Assembly: GCA_038496445.1 (NCBI GenBank) | Contig: JALMLS010000397.1 | Coordinates: 186,001 to 250,000, forward strand | DNA: 64,000 nt | Reading direction: 5' to 3' | Source: Trichosphaerium sp. ATCC 40318 | Taxonomy: Eukaryota; Protista; Tubulinea | Shown: positions 55,618 to 64,000 of the stretch, one piece after another | How the letters are laid out: every line of letters begins with the position of its first letter | How positions within the stretch are numbered: the stretch's first letter is position 1 | Notes under the pieces: model-generated | Told to the model about the DNA's origin: nothing | Databases searched by the model: none | Seen by the model: only the letters and a program-made list of their open reading frames with translations | Program-made: the position numbers and the translations under genes

Positions 55618-57770
55618 ATGGCCCATCCTAACACCGTCGAGATTTGTCAACCTGGAGACTGTGAGTACTGAACCGTTAAACTTTTTTGGCTTCTATCTGC
55701 TCTAACTTCGCTCATAGTTGAACCAGAAGTTCATTTTTACGAGAAAGTCATCAAGTACGCTCCTGCTGGCTAAAAACGTAGCCATCATCAATTGGTAACG
55801 CAATGTCTTCTTTAGTGCTGGTTTATCTAGCGTTGTATCCGGATTCTTACATATGAGCACAGCCAGTATCGTAACGAGATATCAGGTGCATAAAATGTAT
55901 GTTTTTAAAGTCAGCTAACTTCCGAAAAAGCATCTAAATCCGTCTGCTGATGCCTCGAAACTCCGTGAAATGCTAGACTACAAACCTCTACACTTCCGTT
56001 GGTCAGGCGCTGACCTTTTTAACTGTACTACTGAGCAAGGGTACGCGGGAAAACCTTACTATTTTCAAATTAATCAATTTATTCCAGTGTGCGAAAGATG
56101 ATTCTGATTGAATCCAATTCGTGCCCTTCTGGCCAAAAGTCTATGCCAACTGCATCAGAAGACGAAATGGGAGGATACATTAGGCTTATGGAACGTACTT
56201 TTAAGCCTGAAGTAGACGCTGCTATGAAAGCTGGGACACTACCAGAAGGAGGACTTGGTATGAATAATTCCAAGAAAATAACGCATATTGAACTTACGCT
56301 GCTGACACTTTGTTTTAGCTGTTATTTTTGATAAGAACAAAATGGAATCGTCAGGATACGCTTGTGCTATGGCTGCTGCATTTGACGAACCAGTTTATCT
56401 TGCAGGTACTGTACAATAGTAGATATAAACCAAGACTCATTTTTTTTAAGAGTGTCACTACGGAACAACAGACAACCTCCGTTGGGAAGATGGCGTTCTA
56501 AGTGTGAAATACGAGAATGAGTGGAAACCTTTGCGAGCAGTTTTCAGGTATTGATTAACTAACCGCAAGATGGATTGGAGCTTAAACTATCTAGATATGT
56601 GACAAAGAAGCCGTGGACAAGAATTCCTCTTGTAACTGCTAAAACTCTAGTTTTGAACCCTATTGCTGCTTGTCTCGCAGGAGGGCGTAACAAGCTAGTA
56701 GCAGCAAAAGTACGAACCTTCGAAACTGATTCTTTTGATTCCTTGAGTACACTTAATTGTATTCACAGGCATACACTTTTCTAAACGCTGAGCTTGCTGA
56801 TTCTGGACTCAAATTATTTACACCAAAGACAATTCGTGATGTATTCAAAAATGAAGTTCCTCTGTGGGTAAAAAACTTTGGAGGTTTTGCTGTTGTAAAG
56901 GTACAATTCCGCTTCTTTTTTTATAATCACGTGAAAAACACGTGATTATTTTTTTGTTCTTTCGTAGAATGTTCGTTCGCTAACTTGCTTGTAGAACCCT
57001 TATTCAAATGCTGGACAAGGTGTTTGGACCATCACTGACAAAGCTGAATTGGATGCTTTTATGGCTACCGAGCAAGAGTACGATCAATTCATTGTTCAAT
57101 CTCTTGTTGGAAACCACGCATGGAGCAGCAGAACTCAAGAAGGCGCTTACTATCATGTTGGAACAGTAAGGATTCTAGAGTGTGGAGATTTCTTACTGTT
57201 TATAGGTTCCAGATAAGAAAGGTCGTATCTACTGCGCTGATCTACGTATGATGGTCCACTATGACGCTTCAAAAGGTTGCCTCAGACCACTTGTATCGTA
57301 TGCCAGACGCGCAAGAAAACCGCTGACAAAGTCTATTGAAAAGCAAAGGTACAACATTAGATCTTTTTAAATACGTGCTTATAACGTTTAGCTCATGGGA
57401 TGTTCTTGGTACCAATTTATCTAAACTCTTACCGGATGGGAGCTGGACCACCGAAACAAGCAGGCTATTGCTTCTTGATACAAAGGACTTTAACAAACTC
57501 GGTATGAATTCGACCAAAAAAGTCAAGGTGTTATTTTAACTGTTTAAAGGTCTTGGTATTGATGATCTTATTTCTGCATACATTCAAGCTGTATTGGCAT
57601 GTGTTGCAATTGATAAAATGGCAGTTCGACTCACCAAAAATGTACGTGTCGTAGCGAAGTTGTGATCTGTAAATTCTTACACCTGTTTTTTTGAATAGGG
57701 TGAGTTCAACATGGAACTGTTCAGATCACTCAACAACGATAACGCATTGATAAGCGAACTCAAAATGTAA
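55618..57770 (+). CDS. Uncharacterised circularly permuted ATP-grasp amide/peptide ligase, multi-exon
   Basis: N-terminal GADLF...[12 protein letters not shown] (D and ExN metal motif placed first), later [21 protein letters not shown] and ADLRMM. Confidence 0.75.
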
Positions 57771-58060
57771 ATACAAACAAACCCTGAATTACAAATAAAA
57801 GCAAGTTACTCACTACTACATACACTTTCTGGTGTGCAACTTTGCGGTACAAAGGGATGAGCTGGGATGTAAAGCAATAAGTGGTAGCACGGGTATCAGT
57901 CAGTATTTGGATCCATATCATATAGTCAATGTTTGTTCCAAGTAGCAGATAACTGAGTACATATTGCAGAAAAACAAGGGATTTGAACTGATAGACATGT
58001 TTGAGTTGATTGTTACGTGAAGATTTATTCTGGTTTTAGTTGCAAAGTTGAGTACTAATG

Positions 58061-59048
58061 CTATTCATCTAGTATTCCATTTACATATTTAACATCCTTA
58101 ATTTGTTCACCATCGTAATTCCAAGCCTTATACTCTCCATGTAGTTCACCATCAACATAATGACAATGCTCTGACAACTGACCGTTCTCATACCATTTCT
58201 TACACTCTCCTTCTTGCTTGCCATCTATAAAAGTAAACTGTGCTGCTATTTGTCCGCTCTCATACCAACTCTTTGTCTCTCCGCCAAGCTTACTATTTAC
58301 AAAAATACACTTTGCTTGTAACTGACCACTATCATACCACTTCATAATATGATGTGATTGTTGTTCACCGTTAACAAAGTATAACTGTCCACTTAGATGT
58401 CCATTATCTATCCATACTTTACATTCTCCTTCTTGTTTATCTTTAACAAAGAAACCTTGCTCAGCTAACTGGCCATTCTCATGCCAACTTTTAACCTCTC
58501 CTTCTTTCATACCATTCACGTAATTCAACTTTTTCCTCAACTGACCGTTATCATACCATATTTTTGAATCTCCTTCTCGTTTATCATGAACATAAGTACA
58601 CTGCTCAGCTAACTGTCCATTATCATGCCATCCATTGAACACTCCTTCTATCCTACCATTGGCATAGTTAAAACATGTCTTTAATTGACCGTTATCATGG
58701 AAACACTTGAAAGCGCCATCACAACAACCATGTGTTATATAAGCTTCGAACAAAATAATTGATGTGCGGGTTTCCTTATCATACTTCTGTCTAAGCCATT
58801 TACCGTGTTTATTAAACTCATTATCAAACCTTGTGCTCGTTGCTGCTTGTTTTGATAAGAGAGGCCACTTTTTGTAAATTTCAAGGTCTAATGCGCCTAT
58901 TTCATGGTGTAGCTCGGCCGGAAGGTCTAATATGCATGGCGTAGAGTCGGATTCAGGTTTGAATGTGCTTGCCTAATTAATAAAGTTCGTAATGCGATAT
59001 TTGACGCTTTTAACGTTTACTGCCCAGTACCTCGCGTTTTGTTGTCAT
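58061..59048 (-). CDS. MORN-variant repeat protein with F-box-like N-terminus; one 5' intron (58973-59030)
   Basis: MTTKRE|ASTFK..CILDLPAELHHEI, then about 9 EG..K.W..NGQL repeats. Confidence 0.88.
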
Positions 59049-59699
59049 TTGGAACTTATTCGGGAAGTTTAACCGTGTTATGGTGTAAATCTATTTTGGT
59101 GTGCCTGCAGCGTTTTATTTTTGTATGAGGGCGTAGAATCTTAGTTTTAGCGTCCTTTTTGAGAAATCGTTGTATAACGATTTGTGTTGACCAAGTATCC
59201 TGACTTTGCTTCCATTTTTGAACAAATTGATTTATTCAAAACGGCAAATATTCGTAGTTTGAGACCGTTAGACTCGGTGACAGTTTTAGAATTATGTGCT
59301 AGTGAATGGCTCGTGGCGCTGAAGTAAATGGTAAGGGATAAAGTACTGCCTTTCACTTTAAAAACATTTTCCGATTTTGACGAACTCCTGGACTGTACAC
59401 ACGCGGGAAAGACAGTTAATTTCGTGTTCCGAGTTGTTGGCCAAAGCGAATGACTTCAGTTTTTTCGATTGGTCGTTGTACACTTACTTAATATCAACAA
59501 ACTGCAGTGAGAACACTTTAAACTGACACCTTTTTCAACGTTCGGTTTAAGCTCCAAACTGTTTAAACGTTCTGTAGGTTGTCAAGAAGACCCAAAAGAC
59601 TGAGATCCTTCTTGTCCAATCACTATTACAGTACCTTCCTAATCAGAAAAAACGAATTCGTACTCAGTTCATTAATCACGTTTTTTCTTTAAAGTGCGT

Positions 59700-60560
59700 C
59701 GTTACATTACAGTAAAAAGATTAACTTGTCGTTTAATTTCTCCAAAAACAGCATTGCAACTGGTGAGCCTGTAGGCTTTAATGTAGATTTTGTGCCAAGT
59801 GAGACTACCACTCCACTTGAGACAATAATGTTCGAAATACCACTTCCTAGGTACTGGTAAAAAGATTATAGATAGTTGTAGTCTAATTTGTAGAATAAGC
59901 CGGTTTAGTTTGGGTAGAGTCAAGACTGAATCCAGACATTTTAGATTATATCGAAGAAAAGAAAAACATGTCAGGAGAAACCAGGTACATATTCTTGGTT
60001 GATGGCCCTTTCCTCACAATTTATAGGCTTTGTCACGCATCACTCATTCAAAAAATATTGATAAAGTCTTGATCAATGGTAAGATGAAAGCTTCATTCTT
60101 TGGCACAAATATTACTGTAGATCAATGTATTGCATACCCAATGTATGATGTCTCTCGGATTGCATCTTCCCAAGAGTCAAGTACTTTGGTAGTACCATAA
60201 CAAAATAAAACATTTGTTATGATGTCCAGAGTTATCGGGATATGTAACTTATTATTTGCCCACAAATACTAATATTGACTCTATAACAGATGTTTTATTG
60301 GAATCATTTGAGAAAAAAAAGTTGTTAAGATCCAAGCCGTTAATAACCAATCACTTGCATCTCAATCACAACGTAGTGTCATTTTTCGCCCTTAACCACA
60401 CTTGGCTGAGTTGCAATAAAATTGACTGTAGGATTTCTTTGAAGTTTGCCAGGTGAAAATCACGTGATACGTTGTTTGGTAATCCTACTGGAAGATCATA
60501 CATTATCCTTCTTCAACAGCTATCCAGTCTGAATACTCTAATGCCTCGTTTTGATGGTTC
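59700..60560 (-). pseudogene. Degraded coding-like sequence (possibly LRR-type)
   Basis: Leu-rich peptide fragments interrupted by multiple stops. Confidence 0.25.
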
Positions 60561-60755
60561 TTTTCAGCCACTTAAAAGGAAATTTAACATCTTAAACGTA
60601 TGAAAGTGAACCTGACGATAAAGCTAAATTGTACTTTTCGTAGTATGTTGGCAAGTCTTAAGCAACAGAAATACACTTTGCTTTCCAAATTTATTTGCTT
60701 TTTTTGGTTTCAGGACACTCAGTCGCTTCGGTCAAACTATAGTGCTATTGCCATT

Positions 60756-62094
60756 CTATCCTCGTAGTGACAGTACAAGATACACTATAGATCCTGGGTA
60801 TATGCCATAGTGCTGCAATGTCCTTTCAAATGCAATTATTCTTCCCTCAAAAAAAAGACGCATTTTAGTGTAAGGAATGCCTAGATTGTCTGAAATCTAA
60901 TGTAACATTAGTGATTACAACGTGGATTATCAGGTATTCTGCTTACCGCCTCTGCAATATCTTGTACAATTCCCAAAGGATCGATATATAGGTCTATACA
61001 ATTTCTACAGGGTATTTTGGCTCTAACTAACTGTTTGGAGCCTTTCCATTTTATGCTAGCCTAAAAATACTTAACGACAATCAGTTGCGACAATTCTCAT
61101 TTACCTGTTCTTTCATTGTAGGCTCTGTCATATGTTCGGCTTTATTGGGCGGGTTTGCTTTGAATCCGTACAAGTGTACATCTTTCTGTAACTGCGAAGC
61201 AACACACATCTCGTACCTAACAATAGACGTGAGTTTTCCAAAAACAAAAACAGTTTGAGAAACATACCACATTGCAAACCTCTCCTCATCCCCGTTTGAC
61301 ACAACGCGGTGTATACCCGCTCTATTGGCTGCCCCAACTTTGACGGCAGCGTCACCTGCCCATATAATATACATACCTTTAGGTACATCAACCCACTTGA
61401 ATTCTGCCTTGTCATACATTTGAAGGCCAGATGAAGAAGAGTGTAGGCTTATTGAGAATAAACCAGGATCAACATGTGAACTACAAACTACTTTGCCCTT
61501 TTCTATCTTATCTGTTGGATATAAAGTAATATCTAGCATCCCATATGAAGCGCCTTCATCATTCATTATAGGTACAGTATCCCCTGATAGCTTTTGAGTC
61601 CATTGTTGAACAGGGCGCTTAACAACATCTTTTGTGTTTGTTAGTTTTTTCATTGCCTTATCAAGATAAGATGACAAAGCCTTCAAAGGATCTCGGAGAC
61701 TCTCAGGCGCTTCTTCTATTTGATCCAAGTGACTTCCTGTTAAAACTCTATATCCTTGTCTACCACTAGATGCACTAGTGTATCCGATACCTACGTGAAC
61801 AGTCATACACTGTCGTGTGTGACAGAACTCACCAAGCTTTGTTTTAAACACGGATTTGAGCTCCGCAGATTGTGATAAGAACCCTCGCCCATGCTTGACG
61901 ACACTTTCAACGAGTTCTGATAACGTCTGTGGTGCAGCCACCTTAATAGCGTAAGATTTACTCAGTATGCAGTATTAGAGCTACTAACGTACAAAACAAT
62001 ACCCGTTAGTGTTAATTTTTTGTTTAAAGGACTTTACAGTAGCTTCATCGCCCTTCAACAACGTTTCAAGGTCTAGAAAAGGTAACCTCGCCAT
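60756..62094 (-). CDS. 2OG-Fe(II) dioxygenase with C-terminal ubiquitin-like domain, multi-exon
   Basis: LPFLDL, SHVDPGLFS (HxD), GLQ, AGIHRV (H) and ERFA. Spliced tail ISDNLGIPYTKMRLFFEGR..TLQHYGIYPGSIVYLVLSLRG*. Confidence 0.85.
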
Positions 62095-63073
62095 TTATTC
62101 GTTATAGCGTTGATATCAAGTTCTAATTCGTTATTTTGAGGTGAAGCTTAAGCCACCTTTCAATGAAAGCGTTTTAGTCATTTACAAAGACCTTGCTGCG
62201 TTTTACATTGTCTTTCTTTCGTAGGCTGTCCATTTTAGTAGGCATAACTCGCTTCTCATGTACGTAGAAAAACCTTTTGAACTAGTTTTTCCGAGTAGCT
62301 TTGAACAACTAAATTATTTTCTTCAAAACCTCTGAAATTTCCGACTCCCATACACTGTTTTTCGAAGCTGATGGTCGGTCCAGACTGTTGTAACTCCCTG
62401 AAGAACTGAAAAGCATAAAATGGAAAGACCTTACGAAATTAACTCTGCTAGAAGTAATTATAGAGAATACTGTAACACTATCATGGCTTGTGTTATCTTT
62501 AACTTGCTACTACTACAAATGGTATAGGCTTCTCCGCATTCCTATTTATGACAGCTCTGAGGCAGTCACATTGCGCTTTTCAAAATAGCTTGGGAGTAAG
62601 TAACACGTGGAACGAGCTACAGCTATTTAAAAACTCATTTATTTTGCTTGTTTCAACACATGCTGTACGTTTCAGCCATCACATTCACCACAGAGATATG
62701 CTAACAGGTGATGATTGGGAAGGTAAAGCAGCACACATGACATGGATTAGAGCAATATTTTATGGACCTACACTATTTTAATATCCACTACATTGCGCTA
62801 AAGAAGTCAAAAGATAAGTTCATTGTTTTTAGTGAGAAATCTTTCCTGGCGTTGTTTCACTTGTCACGTGGTTAAAAACAAGTACATGTGCAAAGTAAAA
62901 ACGCTATAAAACACTGTTACTTCTTGTCTACGAATGCACTAAAAGGGTTACCTAGAAATGTTATTTGAAATGTCATACGACATTTTCTTTCCAAAGCTTA
63001 ACTTGAACTTAACCTTTTTTTGAAGTACATTTCGTTGGTTTGTAAACCATTGTTCTATGTTAAAACGGTTCAT

Positions 63074-64000
63074 ATGATGAAGCATACCTCAATTTCCTAC
63101 GATAAAGAGCCGAATACTTCGTCTAAACCCAAAAGTCGTGAAAACGTTGTAAAAGAGTTCTCCGATGGTACGAGCGACGCTTTCCACAGTTTAGCGCTTG
63201 TAAAAATTTGTGTAAAAACTGTTTAAATCAAAACCATTTCAAAGTCAGCTAAAACGCCTTTATAGTTGCTGTTGTCGCGTCAAAAAACGACAACGCAGCG
63301 ATTTGTAGTATCGCACGCTTGCCGCGTGGGACAATAGTCAAAAGTCCTGATGGCACATTCGCAATGACACTTGGTACGTTTAGAATGACCGCTATGACAT
63401 GTACTTACCCTGTTCGCTTCCCAGATCACACGGTGTTGGAAGGACACAGATTTTGCATTAAACGTGTTCCAAAAGGTACAACCCTACAACATTGTTGGTG
63501 TAATTGTTTAAGGTGAGTGCGTGTATTCTTGGGATCTTCCGTTTGGTAGAGCGACACGGGACATTGAGCCTGGTACGTCTTTTTCTTCTTCTTTTGCGTA
63601 GAGGTTTGGTCAAATGCCACGTGAACAGCTCCCAACTCAAGTATAACTCACCGGAACATTGTGCAAGGTTTACCTCGAGGAATACCGCATAATTTCGCGT
63701 GTATTATCTAGGAAGGCGTTGAGAAATAGTGTGGTAGCGTTTACAGCGGCAGTTGACTGAACTGGAGTTTCGTTTTAGTATTGCGCACGTGATAAAAGGT
63801 GTTGATTTTTTTTTTGTAATAGGTAATTATTTGTGTAATCAAGGGCTTCTTGATGCCTTATCCACACGCTCAAGCGTTGACTACGAACTTCCCAAAGAGC
63901 CTAACTTCGAGAATGAAATTTTACCACATGTACGTTTTTAATTCGCCACAGCAGATACTCACTCGTATATTTAGGGAGATATCAATGAGGAAAAATTCCA
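63074..64000 (+). CDS. Hypothetical multi-exon protein, 3'-truncated by the window edge
   Basis: ATG 63074, with exons and GT-AG introns running to the window end; no family recognised. Confidence 0.4.

Overview
Gene-dense, AT-rich (about 35% GC by eye) eukaryotic nuclear DNA with many short spliceosomal introns (mostly about 30-100 nt). It is probably a protist; an amoebozoan-like source is inferred from the CH-less IQGAP-related RasGAP and the kinase-PARP fusion. The ORF track mostly shows exon fragments, so I rebuilt gene models by hand. Genes recognised: GH33 sialidase (partial), TBC protein, GH1 beta-glucosidase, F-box-SPRY, phospholipase B1-like GDSL lipase, DUF1295 protein, alpha-carbonic anhydrase, rhamnose mutarotase, APH-family kinase, ARL5, sepiapterin reductase, Cid1/TUTase-type nucleotidyltransferase, TrpD, IQGAP-like RasGAP, and several F-box/LRR and F-box-like/MORN-variant genes. 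Best candidates for new biology: (1) a head-to-head pair of a circularly permuted ATP-grasp ligase and an SPX-M14 (AstE/AspA) peptidase fusion, suggesting a phosphate-sensed make/break system for a peptide or polyamide; (2) one gene fusing a PNP-family nucleosidase, a pseudokinase, an H-Y-E PARP and a RhoGEF DH domain; (3) a SAM-globin-PH protein; (4) about 7-fold window-wide enrichment of CACGTG, often in longer introns; (5) a GC-rich structured element with an internal tandem duplication upstream of the carbonic anhydrase. All models are manual and no database searches were run.
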